A DNA stretch of 64,000 nucleotides from Candidatus Latescibacterota bacterium (GTDB lineage: Bacteria; Latescibacterota; UBA2968), in the NCBI GenBank assembly GCA_965208125.1, contig OZ242320.1, positions 1,184,001 to 1,248,000 of the forward strand, written 5' to 3'. This document shows positions 1 to 9,953 of the stretch, piece after piece (the stretch's first letter is position 1; the number at the start of each line of letters is the position of its first letter). A program made the translations under genes and the position numbers. The notes beneath the pieces are model-generated. The model worked only from the letters and a program-made list of their open reading frames with translations. It made no database searches and was not told where the DNA came from.

Positions 1-2725
1 CCAAACTCGGCAAAGACACAGCCTCAACTGGACCGCCTGTTGGCCTAACATCCTTATCGAACAGCGCGTAACCCGTCGCCTTCATCCCCCGATGATGCAC
101 AATATGTGCCTCGTGATCTCGATGCCACACATCGTATTCCGGCGCACTCGCAAACGCACTTACCCTATCAGGCGACCTCTGAACCAGCACTGCATAGTGA
201 TATGACGCACCACGAGGCATGGGACCGTGATCCAGATACGCCAATTCAAAAGCTCCTGTACCCCCGCTATCCCTGCCATAATCTTTAGAAACTTGCACCT
301 CGCGCTGCACTCGCAGACCCTCTCCATCGGGAATCACATACCCATTGCCCAATGAATCCATCAGCCATGCCCTCTGCCCCTTTGTCCCCGAAAACGTATA
401 GGGAATCCCCCGTACGCTCTCCCCATTCACCCCCGTGGAACGGTCCTCAGAGATAGCCGCCTGAAACAACGGCGTCACCGTCGCATGCCTACCATCATCA
501 TTCTCAATACCAGAACCCAGACAAACTATCACATCGTCAAAACAGAACACTGTCTTAACCGCCCGAAAACTCGTATTGAACCTCGTATCGTGTAACTTCA
601 GCGCAAACACACCGTCTTGCCCTTTCAGATTCACCCCACCCACAAAAGTCTCATCCGAAAAATTGCGATCGCGCCCTTCGTGTTTGAGCTGCTCATGACT
701 CAGGCGAATCACCGTCGTACCGGGCCACATACTCCAATCCCACCCATCTCGAACAATCCCACTCGCCTCTCGACCAACCGGATCGCCACTCGCGTAAATC
801 AGCACTGAACCATAGCTCAAATAACGACCAAGCGGATTATTCCTGCCCGAAGACTCGTAATCCCACACATATTTACCCCACCCCTTCATACTCACCATCC
901 AGTCCCCACGCCGATGAATAGACAGCGCGCCATAAGGCAATGTCCAGTGCCCAGAGGGCGGAGCGGCGGGCGCGTAACCCGCACTCGCAAAATCTGCCAT
1001 CATCTGCATTGCGCCCGGCGTATGCAAATACATCAGCCGCACGGCTACCCGCTCAAACAAATCTTCTATCAGCAACTGCGACTTCGGCTTCCAAAGCTGC
1101 ATAAACGCGCCCGCCAGTTCCGCATCCACCGGAGCATAACTCAAAGCCACATACATATACGCCGGCAAAAGTTTGGTAGCCACCGCAGTATTCCGCGGGA
1201 AACGACCATTAACAGCCATTGAAATATCATACGTATTCGCCATAATCCTGGACGTCAAAAGTGCCTGCTTCAAATTATCGCGCTTATCATCCCCAACTGC
1301 AAAAGGCGTATCGTGCAACAAATACACCAGCACAGAAGCCACATGAAAGGCATTTGGCGCATATCCACTCGCGTAAATCCCCCGATGGTGAAAACCCGTG
1401 TAATCCGGCTTAATCGTATCCAGCCACCCCGGCGCAATAGATAGTGCATTATTCAGCCACGCGATATAGCAACGCATATTTGCCACCTTCTCGGGCGTAT
1501 CGTCCATCATCAAAATACACAACAACCGATACATCGCCACCGAGCGTATAAAATCCGCATTCGCGCCCAGCACCTGGGGATCCTCATACAACTCGCCAAA
1601 CATACTGAACCATTTCAGCGTCGCCAATTCCCGCGCCAGTAGTCCTCTACTCTGCAAAACATCCCGCATCAAATACACCGCATGGGCATATCCCGCAACC
1701 CGCAAAAACTCGTGATGCATCGCCCCAACACCACTGCCATCTGCCCAACCCTGATCGTGCAAATAGTCAAAAACATCTATCACCCGGTCTTTCGCCTCCT
1801 CATTGCCATTCAATCGATAATCCAGCACCAAACGCAACAAAACCCCCTGAAAAACACTCTGAAAAAGGGGTTCATAGGGCGACAACTCGGCAAACAAGGG
1901 TTTCCCCAAAATGCGATCACCCTCGCGTCGAATCTCGTAATCCGCCAGACTGCGATACCCACGCCTTATATAGGCTTTGAGTTCGTTGAGCCGTATCCTC
2001 ACAGGCTCCCGCTGGTCATCCTTCACCCCATCACCCATCACCCACGCTTCATATCGCCGGGCAATCGTCTCAAGAGCCAGCCTCTCATCATCGGTAATCT
2101 GCGAAGGAAGTGGACCCGACAACCTGTTTTGACTCCATCGATATTCGCGGCTCCTATCAGCTCTATCTGTATTGACATAAGGAACCTGTGCATCTGGAGA
2201 TCGCCTGGGGTGAATTCTCTCCACCAACTCCATCAAATCCAGATACACAGTTCCCCTATTCGGTGCCCTGATTTCAAACGCCGTCGTCCGTCCACTTTTC
2301 GTCCCCTCATAAGACCTGTTCCGCGCATCATCCCGCAAATGGATCCACATCGCTCGCCAGCCCGTAAAATTCAAACCAAACTCAAACTGGTAACGCGGAT
2401 TATTTGCCGACAACTCAGATTCCGTGCCAAACCCAAACGTCAGCACCTCATCGAGCGCCTCCTCGTTGTACACCCACGCCCGAAACCCGGTCAGCGCCTT
2501 ATTGCGTCCCGGAGCCGGGTCTATAAACAAAAGCCGCCCGTTATTCTGCCAGGTCCATTTGAGAGATTGCTGTCCCTCCTTATAACGCCTCGTCGAAAGC
2601 GACACCTCGCTACCTGCATCTACCTGATAGCTCTCGCCCACCGCCTCAAAATCATAGCGCCAGGGCATATCCTGTGCCATCGCCGCACTGGCCATACCAA
2701 CAGCAAAAATAAAAATCCACTTCAT
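1..2725 (-). CDS. Chondroitin ABC lyase-like polysaccharide lyase (PL8), secreted; 3' end runs off the window
   Basis: Not in the ORF track. ATG at 2725 after a GAGAGGTG RBS. Segments translated by hand give a signal peptide (MKWIFIFAVGMASAAMA), SLKWTW and LNFTGWRAMW (N-domain), KPDYTGFHHRGIYASGY (catalytic His/Tyr region), IHRRGDWMVSMKG, GRYLSYGS and GWDWSMWPGTT. The start and the window-edge segments are in the same frame. Confidence 0.85.
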   Translation of the reverse strand, partial: MKWIFIFAVGMASAAMAQDMPWRYDFEAVGESYQVDAGSEVSLSTRRYKEGQQSLKWTWQNNGRLLFIDPAPGRNKALTGFRAWVYNEEALDEVLTFGFGTESELSANNPRYQFEFGLNFTGWRAMWIHLRDDARNRSYEGTKSGRTTAFEIRAPNRGTVYLDLMELVERIHPRRSPDAQVPYVNTDRADRSREYRWSQNRLSGPLPSQITDDERLALETIARRYEAWVMGDGVKDDQREPVRIRLNELKAYIRRGYRSLADYEIRREGDRILGKPLFAELSPYEPLFQSVFQGVLLRLVLDYRLNGNEEAKDRVIDVFDYLHDQGWADGSGVGAMHHEFLRVAGYAHAVYLMRDVLQSRGLLARELATLKWFSMFGELYEDPQVLGANADFIRSVAMYRLLCILMMDDTPEKVANMRCYIAWLNNALSIAPGWLDTIKPDYTGFHHRGIYASGYAPNAFHVASVLVYLLHDTPFAVGDDKRDNLKQALLTSRIMANTYDISMAVNGRFPRNTAVATKLLPAYMYVALSYAPVDAELAGAFMQLWKPKSQLLIEDLFERVAVRLMYLHTPGAMQMMADFASAGYAPAAPPSGHWTLPYGALSIHRRGDWMVSMKGWGKYVWDYESSGRNNPLGRYLSYGSVLIYASGDPVGREASGIVRDGWDWSMWPGTTVIRLSHEQLKHEGRDRNFSDETFVGGVNLKGQDGVFALKLHDTRFNTSFRAVKTVFCFDDVIVCLGSGIENDDGRHATVTPLFQAAISEDRSTGVNGESVRGIPYTFSGTKGQRAWLMDSLGNGYVIPDGEGLRVQREVQVSKDYGRDSGGTGAFELAYLDHGPMPRGASYHYAVLVQRSPDRVSAFASAPEYDVWHRDHEAHIVHHRGMKATGYALFDKDVRPTGGPVEAVSLPSL

Positions 2726-2742
2726 ACACACCTCTCTAAAAA

Positions 2743-3999
2743 CTATACCGGCGCATCCTCTGGCCTGGGAATATCCACAAACCAGGCAAAAATAGCCACC
2801 AGCAACACCGCTGGAGCCAGCGCGTAAAACGCTGGTGCATAAGACCCCGCAGAACTAAAAACAGACTCAATAAACCACGGACCCGTTGCAGAAGCCAAAA
2901 CCGCAAACACCTGTGCCGCACCCTGAATCTTGCCCAAATGAAGACGGCCAAAAATATCTGCCCACGCCGTAAAAAAAATCACCGAAACCACACCCCCGGA
3001 AAACCCCAGCAATCCCGCATGTGTCAGCGCTTGCCCCGATGTTTTAAGCTGCGGAAACAAAAGCAAATAAAGACCAACCGCCAGCATCGCAACCGTCATC
3101 AGCCTGCCCAAAGACCATCGGCGCGCCGCCCAACCCGCTGTAAAATTCCCCAACAAACCCGTCGCCATAAACACCGCCATAGCGTATTGAAACACCGTCT
3201 CATCAAACCCCAACTCCCCCAATATAGACTGATTGAACAGCATCACCCCCGCAATAACCAGATTGTAAAGCGCACTCCCAATAGCAAACACATAAAAAGC
3301 CGGTGTCATCAACGCCTGTACGAGCGTAAACCCAATCACCGGCTCCTGTGCCTCATCATCTTTCACAACCTCGGTATCCAGCCCAATCGCCTCCGGATCT
3401 CGACGAACAAATAGCAGGCACAAACCTGCCAAAATCATTAGAATCCACCCCAACCCCGACCACATAACCCGCCAACCCTGCGAGAGCACAACATCGCCAG
3501 CAACAACAATAGCGACCGCAAAACCCAGACTCATAAGCACGGCAAAAATACCCATCGCAACACTTAACCGCCGCACAAACCACTTGCCAACCATCGTCAA
3601 ACTAACCACAGACAGCGCGCTCTGCCCCACACCCCGCATCAAAACCAGCAACAAAAGCAAAAAACCAGCACCTGTCATCTGGCTAAACCCCAAAACCACC
3701 AGACTCAGAACAAATAGCACCGACGTCACAACAGCGCGAACCCCAAAGCGGTCAATAGTTACCCCGCAGATCAAATTGAACAACGCTCCAAAAATAGTCG
3801 CCCAGAAATTCATCCCGGCAAAATCGAGCCGGGAAATATCCAGATCCGCGATCAAAGGCTCTGTAATCAAACCAATACCAACACTTCTGCCCGGCAGCGT
3901 AGCCACCATCGCAACCGCCGCAAAAATCAGAACCACCCAGCCGTAATAAAACGGCACGCGTGTGGGCAGCCCATTGCCAAAAATAGTTTTGGAACTCAA
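2743..3999 (-). CDS. MFS transporter
   Basis: About 12 hydrophobic segments, PFYYGW N-terminus and a GxxxDRFGxR motif-A-like segment. Start uncertain: TTG at 3999 after GAGG, ORF extends to 4065. Confidence 0.85.
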   Translation of the reverse strand: MSSKTIFGNGLPTRVPFYYGWVVLIFAAVAMVATLPGRSVGIGLITEPLIADLDISRLDFAGMNFWATIFGALFNLICGVTIDRFGVRAVVTSVLFVLSLVVLGFSQMTGAGFLLLLLVLMRGVGQSALSVVSLTMVGKWFVRRLSVAMGIFAVLMSLGFAVAIVVAGDVVLSQGWRVMWSGLGWILMILAGLCLLFVRRDPEAIGLDTEVVKDDEAQEPVIGFTLVQALMTPAFYVFAIGSALYNLVIAGVMLFNQSILGELGFDETVFQYAMAVFMATGLLGNFTAGWAARRWSLGRLMTVAMLAVGLYLLLFPQLKTSGQALTHAGLLGFSGGVVSVIFFTAWADIFGRLHLGKIQGAAQVFAVLASATGPWFIESVFSSAGSYAPAFYALAPAVLLVAIFAWFVDIPRPEDAPV

Positions 4000-4012
4000 T
4001 TTCACCTCATCA

Positions 4013-4031
4013 ACGTGATGTGTGACTTCAA
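4013..4031. repeat. Solitary copy of the MITE-like terminal repeat (ACGTGATGTGTGACTTCAA)
   Basis: Nearly identical to the terminal inverted repeats at 31834-31855 and 32000-32021. Confidence 0.55.
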
Positions 4032-4056
4032 AGCAACCACAGAGTAAAAAGCGAAC

Positions 4057-4084
4057 AATCAGCAATCAGCTTTCAGCGATCAGC
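4057..4084. repeat. Four tandem heptamers (NNTCAGC)
   Basis: aatcagc aatcagc tttcagc gatcagc in an intergenic spacer. Confidence 0.7.
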
Positions 4085-4111
4085 TAAACGCTTGTTTTGC
4101 TGACTACTAAA

Positions 4112-4933
4112 TCATTCCACACACACCTTGAGCTTTGCCAATCCCTCTTCTGCAACCACAACAGAACCCTTTGCCCAATAACTCGGATTAAACAACTCCA
4201 GAGACAACATCCCCTCATACTCCGCATTCTCAAACCCCGCCACAATCTCTGCCCACGGTGCCAAACCATCCCCCGGATAAACCCGATCCGCATCTGTTAT
4301 GGTATCCCTGTTAGGCGAAGCCGGATAATCATTCACATGCACCAATCCCAACTTGCCCGGACCCAGATGTTCCAGCCCGTGAAAATGTCCACTCCCCTTG
4401 TACATATGATAAACATCCGCCAGAAGCACCGTATCTGGCCGTCCGCATTCAGCCGCCACCAGCAAAGCCTCGCCCAACGTACCCAGGGTCTGTGCAATAC
4501 CCCAAAATTCCAGCAACGGTATCGCCCGAAACCCGGCAACCTCATCCATCAACTCCCCATAGCGACGCGCCACAGAAAACAAATCCACATCCCGGTCTCG
4601 AATCCCAAAAGGCGGAGCCGCGACATACGTGCAATCGAGCGCATCGGCCATCTCAAAACAGCGACGCGCCTCTTCAAGCCCCTTTGCCCGCTCCTCATCC
4701 TCTGGCACTGACCACTCAAAAAACGCGATCAAATTGACAATCTGAATCCCCCTATCCGCTGCCTTATCGCGTATATCAGACAGCGAACCACCCCCCGCAA
4801 CCCACGCATCAATTTCTGCCACCCACGGCTCAATCCCCTCATACCCCGTATCCGCCGCAATATCGATGGCATCGACCACAGAAACACCCTCATTGCGAAT
4901 CGTGCTGGTATTCAAACAATACGAAAAACCCAT
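4112..4933 (-). CDS. Sugar phosphate isomerase/epimerase (xylose-isomerase-like TIM barrel)
   Basis: GYEGIEPW, LEFWG, DVYHMY, VHVND and SLELFN motifs; GAGGAG RBS before the ATG at 4933. Confidence 0.85.
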   Translation of the reverse strand: MGFSYCLNTSTIRNEGVSVVDAIDIAADTGYEGIEPWVAEIDAWVAGGGSLSDIRDKAADRGIQIVNLIAFFEWSVPEDEERAKGLEEARRCFEMADALDCTYVAAPPFGIRDRDVDLFSVARRYGELMDEVAGFRAIPLLEFWGIAQTLGTLGEALLVAAECGRPDTVLLADVYHMYKGSGHFHGLEHLGPGKLGLVHVNDYPASPNRDTITDADRVYPGDGLAPWAEIVAGFENAEYEGMLSLELFNPSYWAKGSVVVAEEGLAKLKVCVE

Positions 4934-4944
4934 TTTTATTCTCC

Positions 4945-6333
4945 TCAAATACTCGGCAAAGGTGCCGTATCACCCGTCTCGTGCTGCCACAAGCGAATCG
5001 ACGCCGCCATATTGCGAACGCGATCCCGGTGCTCGGGCGCATCGAACAAATTATTCTCCTCAAAAGGATCGGTATTCAAATCGAACAACTCGCACTGATC
5101 GCCCGCACACAAATTCAACTTCCACCGGTCGCCCGTCACAACACAGCGCCACGGCAGCGTCGCCACCAAATTGATATCGGGAGTCCCCAAATTGCGGTCG
5201 CCAATCCCATTCCACTCCATAAACGCCATATGCGCCTTCAAATCGCGTTCACCCGTCAACGCACCCGCCACACTCTCACCCTGACACTGATCCGGAATCG
5301 GCAACCCCGCCAGATCCAAAAGCGTCGGAACCAGATCCGCGTGACCAAACACCCCATCCACCCGCGTCTGCTCCGCACTCAACCACGGCACATGCATCAA
5401 AAACGGAACCCGCGCCGACTCCTCGTAAAACGCCCGCTTCTCCCACATGCGGTGATCGCCCGCCATCTCGCCGTGATCACTCGTAAACACAAAAATCGTA
5501 TTCTCCATCTGATCCGTCTCATCCAGTGCCTGCACCATCTTCCCAATGGCATCATCCACAATTTTCACATTGCCCAAATACTGCGCCCGCAACTTCCGCC
5601 AATTCTCATCCCGCGTCATATCTTCTGCCACAACCCGCGCATCCGTAGTATTGCGATAAAAATCCGAACGCACGCGATTAAACAGCGAATGCCCCTCTGG
5701 ATGCTTCAAAAAAGTCGGACCCACCGGAATCTCCTCCGGATCGTACAACCCGTCATAAGGTCCCCGATAAGGCGGATGCGGCTCAAACGTACTGGCAACG
5801 AGCAGCCATGGACGCCCCGTATTCTCGCGAATAAACCGCTCGGACTCCGCGCCCACATAAGCCCCAATCTGCGCGGAAGCCGGCATCTCCGCGCGTTGTT
5901 GGGGTGTAAATCTGTTGGGCACATCCGGCACAAAGCCCTGATCCAGCAACCACTGATGGTACCCACACCCATCCGCAATACTACACCACTCGTCAAACCC
6001 GTGCTGACAGTTGCCGTCATCTCCCAGATGCCACTTGCCCACATACCCCTTGCGGTACGCATCGGGCATCATCTCCGCGATGGACAACGTCTCCTCCCTC
6101 AGCGGAATACCATTGACCACACACCCATGCGAATGCGGATAAAGCCCGGTAATCAGCGACCCCCGCGCCGGCGTACAAACCGCCTGCGTCACATAAGCAT
6201 TCTCAAAAACAAAACTGCGATCGGCCAGCGCGTCATGATGCGGCGACTGAATCCACTCATTGCCATAACACGCCATCGTATCCGTGCGCTGCTGATCCGT
6301 AATAATAACTACAATATTTGGTTGACGCGACAT
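4945..6333 (-). CDS. S1 (formylglycine) sulfatase
   Basis: PNIVVIITDQQR, CTPARG, GKWHLG, TSDHGE. Confidence 0.92.
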   Translation of the reverse strand: MSRQPNIVVIITDQQRTDTMACYGNEWIQSPHHDALADRSFVFENAYVTQAVCTPARGSLITGLYPHSHGCVVNGIPLREETLSIAEMMPDAYRKGYVGKWHLGDDGNCQHGFDEWCSIADGCGYHQWLLDQGFVPDVPNRFTPQQRAEMPASAQIGAYVGAESERFIRENTGRPWLLVASTFEPHPPYRGPYDGLYDPEEIPVGPTFLKHPEGHSLFNRVRSDFYRNTTDARVVAEDMTRDENWRKLRAQYLGNVKIVDDAIGKMVQALDETDQMENTIFVFTSDHGEMAGDHRMWEKRAFYEESARVPFLMHVPWLSAEQTRVDGVFGHADLVPTLLDLAGLPIPDQCQGESVAGALTGERDLKAHMAFMEWNGIGDRNLGTPDINLVATLPWRCVVTGDRWKLNLCAGDQCELFDLNTDPFEENNLFDAPEHRDRVRNMAASIRLWQHETGDTAPLPSI

Positions 6334-6335
6334 TG

Positions 6336-7673
6336 CTATCTCTCCTGAATTTCAAAATGCCTACCTTCTTTCGCCGCTTGCCATTGGTCTTCTGTATCGA
6401 TCTCAGCGCCGGGATCGCCCTGTTGTTTCATCCAGCAATCGAGCGCGGCAGACAGGCGTTTCTTCGCCTCTGCATACGCGGGATCATCGGCCAGATTATT
6501 CAACTCGCAGGGATCCTCATCCATGCGATACAACTGCTCGGGCGGGCGGCGCATATATCGATCCACCAAAAACCGCGTATGCTCATTAAACGTCGTATCA
6601 AAAACCCACGTCGGCCAGTACTGATGCCATCGAAACTGCCCCATCAGATGCTTCTCGATATAGATCGCCTCGGGCGTCAAATTGCGAATATAGTGATACG
6701 TACCATCCGTCACCGCGCGGATCGGATACGGCGGACCCTCGGGAATATTATTATGCATAAAATACGCGAACTCCCGATGCGCATCTGCCTCCTCCAACAG
6801 CACAGACATAAAACTCGACCCATCAAAATCAATCGCACCTGGATCACCGCCCGCAGCCTCAATCAGCGTAGGCGCGACATCCTCATACTGAATAACCGCA
6901 TCGGTATATCCCGGCTTCACCACGCCGGGCCAGCGCACGATAAAACCCGTATGAACACCCGTATTCCAATTCGTCCACTTGCACCCGGGAAACTGCGACC
7001 CCTGCTCAGACGTAAAAATCACCAGCGTATTATCCGCCTTCCCGGACTCATCCAGCACCGCCAGAATCTCACCCACCTCCTGATCCAGCACCTCGATCTC
7101 CGCCAAATATTTGGCATAATCGCTCCGCGTCTCCTCTGTATCCGCCAGATACGGAGGCAACTTTAACGCATCCAGATCAAAATGCTCGAGATTGCCCAGC
7201 GTCCACGGCGCGTGCGGCTCAAAAAGACCCGCCACAAGACAAAAAGGCGCATCCCGATCTTGCTCCACAAACGCGCGAATCCCCTCAACGCCAAACTCGG
7301 GATCGGGATGTGTGCATCCCCCCTCAATACCCGGCACATATTCAAAAGGAAAACTCTTATTGGGACCCACATGCTTCTTGCCACACAGCCCCACGCGATA
7401 CCCCAGATCCTCCAAAAAATGCGGAAGACTCCTCGTCCCTGGACGCGCGGCAGAATGATTCCAGCACGAACCATTTCGTGCCGGATACAACCCCGTATAA
7501 AGCGCCGTACGGCACGGATTACACATCGCCATAGGCAAATACGCCCGATTAAAAACCAGACCATCCCGCGCCAAACCGTCGATATTCGGCGTATCCACAT
7601 TCTGTCCCCCGTACAGCGACAAATCGAGATACGTCGCATCATCTGCAATCATAATCAAAATATTCGGTCCCAT
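6336..7673 (-). CDS. Sulfatase, N-sulfoglucosamine sulfohydrolase (sulfamidase)-like
   Basis: IADD, CNPCR, GKKHVGP, PPYLADTEETR, YPIRAV..YIRNL, which are typical of the SGSH-like subgroup. Confidence 0.85.
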   Translation of the reverse strand: MGPNILIMIADDATYLDLSLYGGQNVDTPNIDGLARDGLVFNRAYLPMAMCNPCRTALYTGLYPARNGSCWNHSAARPGTRSLPHFLEDLGYRVGLCGKKHVGPNKSFPFEYVPGIEGGCTHPDPEFGVEGIRAFVEQDRDAPFCLVAGLFEPHAPWTLGNLEHFDLDALKLPPYLADTEETRSDYAKYLAEIEVLDQEVGEILAVLDESGKADNTLVIFTSEQGSQFPGCKWTNWNTGVHTGFIVRWPGVVKPGYTDAVIQYEDVAPTLIEAAGGDPGAIDFDGSSFMSVLLEEADAHREFAYFMHNNIPEGPPYPIRAVTDGTYHYIRNLTPEAIYIEKHLMGQFRWHQYWPTWVFDTTFNEHTRFLVDRYMRRPPEQLYRMDEDPCELNNLADDPAYAEAKKRLSAALDCWMKQQGDPGAEIDTEDQWQAAKEGRHFEIQER

Positions 7674-9112
7674 AACCCCTCCTTTTTAAGTCCCAACCGA
7701 ATCAACAACTCCGACGGCGCATCAATAGCGCGCAATTTCTCAACCATCAAGCTCTGCATACGGGCCAGCGCATCAGAATCACTATCGGCGAGATCATTCT
7801 CCTGCTCGGGATCCGAAGACATGTGATACAACCGCGTCTTGTGCTTCTCGGGATGCCGCGCAGGCGTCTGCTTGCTCCGAAGCACATCGGCACCCCAATC
7901 AAACTGATTCCGATTCGCAATAATACTCGAATAAGCATACACCGGCGGATTGGACTCATCCACCCCCTGCAACAGCACATACTCCCCATCGGTAATATTG
8001 CACGTCCCCGAAAACTGACCGTACAAAATCGCATCGCGCCCGGGCGCATCCTCATCCCGCAGAAACGGAATCAAACTCTGCCCGTGCAAATTCACCCCAT
8101 CCGGCACCGCCAGCCCCATAGCCTCCACCACAGTCGGAAAATAATCAACCGGCTGCACAAACTGCACGGGACGCGCACCGTGACCAAACTCGGGATGCCA
8201 GACAATCATTGGAATCCGCGTAATCTCATTCCAGAGCACCCAGTTCTTTCCCGTGCGCCCGTGATCGCCATTGTGCGTCCCGTGATCCGACGCGAGAATA
8301 ATCATTGTATCATCCATCAACCCCATATTCTCAACCTGATCGAGAAAATGCCCCACCCAGCGATCCACCATCGTCACCTCACCCGCATAAATCGCCTGCA
8401 CCCGCTTCAACTCCGCCTCCGTCAAATTGCCATCCACCCAATCGTAAGGCGCGACCGGATACTCCATCACATCGCCTTCCGAATCATCGTACAACTTCAC
8501 ATAGTGACGTGGCGGATCCCAGGGCTCGTGCGGATCAAAAGAATCAATCATCAAAAAGAACGCCTGATCGGCATTGTGCTGCAGCCACCGGGCCGCCCTT
8601 GAAAACAACTGCGGCGAAAACCAATCGCGTTCTTCCTTGCGGATATATTGTGCATTGCGAAAATGCGGTTGCTCGGGCCTGTTATGCGGCGGATAATCCA
8701 GCGTCCGATTCTCAAAAATAATATCCGAATCCGTCACATACCGGTCCCGCTCCTGACCGCGCACAAAATCAAACCCCGAAAACGGACGCCAGTACCCACT
8801 GCCCGGATTGCTCGTCCAGTGGTGATACACATCCGTAAAAAAATAAGACACCTTACCCGCCTCATGCACCGTCCCACCCAGCGTCACATCATCCGGCTCT
8901 ATACCGCCCCATCCCCGCCACGGAAACTCGTATCGCCCCGTCGCAATATCCCGGCGACACGGCAGCGTGGGATACGAAGCCAAATACGCATTCTCAAAAA
9001 CCGCTGACCGATCGGCAAAACGATCTATATTCGGCGTGTGAATCCGAGAATTATCATAACACCCCACGTGATCTCGACGCCATGTATCCAGCACAATCAG
9101 AATGACATTCAT
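7655..9112 (-). CDS. Sulfatase-family hydrolase with a non-canonical T-x-P-x-R signature
   Basis: LDTWRRDH, SYPTLPCRR, FDPHEPWDPP, SDHGT; RBS GAGGAG before 9112. Confidence 0.85.
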   Translation of the reverse strand: MNVILIVLDTWRRDHVGCYDNSRIHTPNIDRFADRSAVFENAYLASYPTLPCRRDIATGRYEFPWRGWGGIEPDDVTLGGTVHEAGKVSYFFTDVYHHWTSNPGSGYWRPFSGFDFVRGQERDRYVTDSDIIFENRTLDYPPHNRPEQPHFRNAQYIRKEERDWFSPQLFSRAARWLQHNADQAFFLMIDSFDPHEPWDPPRHYVKLYDDSEGDVMEYPVAPYDWVDGNLTEAELKRVQAIYAGEVTMVDRWVGHFLDQVENMGLMDDTMIILASDHGTHNGDHGRTGKNWVLWNEITRIPMIVWHPEFGHGARPVQFVQPVDYFPTVVEAMGLAVPDGVNLHGQSLIPFLRDEDAPGRDAILYGQFSGTCNITDGEYVLLQGVDESNPPVYAYSSIIANRNQFDWGADVLRSKQTPARHPEKHKTRLYHMSSDPEQENDLADSDSDALARMQSLMVEKLRAIDAPSELLIRLGLKKEGLWDRIF

Positions 9113-9141
9113 AGAAAACTCCTCATGTATTTTGTTGTGAC

Positions 9142-9166
9142 GGGCGACCACAAGGGTCGCCCCTAC
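9142..9166. repeat. GTAG-type REP-like palindrome
   Basis: GGGCGACC-ACAAG-GGTCGCCC followed by CTAC; a sister copy lies at 34429-34452. Confidence 0.7.
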
Positions 9167-9170
9167 ATTC

Positions 9171-9866
9171 TCATGTATTCAAAACCTCTTCTACTCGTAT
9201 CCTCAGATCCGCCACAGAACCACCCACGGCATTGAGCACCACAGGACCAGCATACCCATTCGCCTTGAGTGCGTGGATCACATCCACATCATCCTCCCCA
9301 ATCGTCACCATCCCGATACGCTCCACATACTTATCCACAATCTCCACAGCATTATCAACATCCATCGCATTGAGCCAGGCATGCGCGCGCGCGGGCAAAT
9401 CTGGCATCAAAACATCAAAATCCGCCGCACTTTCCAAACACGTATCCACCCCATTCCCGATATTCAGCGTCACATCGGGAATATTCTCAAGCAACGCCTG
9501 CACACCCCTCACCAGAGCCTCGCGCGCCTCGCGGGAACGCGCACCACAGAGAAAACTCGCACACCGCAAGCGAAGCGCCCGCGCCAGATGAACATCCCAC
9601 TCAACCTGCCGCAAATTAGAACCTGGATCAAACGCGCCCCTGCTATTCACCCCCGTCAAATCGCGCACATGTAACCCCATCAACGCCACGCCCGCATCAT
9701 CGAAATAATCGCGAATCATCCTCACCGACGCATCTGGATGAAAAGGTGAACTCGCCGTAAACGCACAATGCAACACCATAGCATCAAAACCCGCTGCCTT
9801 AGCAATCTTCAAGGCAGCGGGCAACACAGCTTTTGGACACATAACAGGATCAAAACACAAACGCAA
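9171..9866 (-). CDS. Divergent sugar-phosphate isomerase/TIM-barrel-like protein
   Basis: AAGFDAM N-terminal and ALKANGYAGPVVL C-terminal patterns; TTG start at 9866 after AAGGAGG; the metal-ligand motifs look degenerate. Confidence 0.6.
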   Translation of the reverse strand: MRLCFDPVMCPKAVLPAALKIAKAAGFDAMVLHCAFTASSPFHPDASVRMIRDYFDDAGVALMGLHVRDLTGVNSRGAFDPGSNLRQVEWDVHLARALRLRCASFLCGARSREAREALVRGVQALLENIPDVTLNIGNGVDTCLESAADFDVLMPDLPARAHAWLNAMDVDNAVEIVDKYVERIGMVTIGEDDVDVIHALKANGYAGPVVLNAVGGSVADLRIRVEEVLNT

Positions 9867-9887
9867 AACAAACCTCCTTCTCTCTTC

Positions 9888-9950
9888 CCCCAGTCCCCAG
9901 TCTCCAGCCCCCATTCTTTTCACTTCACACTTCTTCCTTCACACTTCACA
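9888..9950. repeat. Nine tandem heptamers (CCCCAGT-type, then CTTCACA-type)
   Basis: ccccagt ccccagt ctccagc ccccatt cttttca cttcaca cttcttc cttcaca cttcaca. Confidence 0.75.
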
Positions 9951-9953
9951 CTT

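Noticed and set aside
1682-2827. 381-aa plus-strand ORF, and similar long antisense ORFs at 4981-6348, 12766-13980, 19206-20225 and 28837-29931
   Set aside because: Antisense shadows of real minus-strand genes caused by codon bias; His/Ile/Arg-rich with no recognisable motifs.
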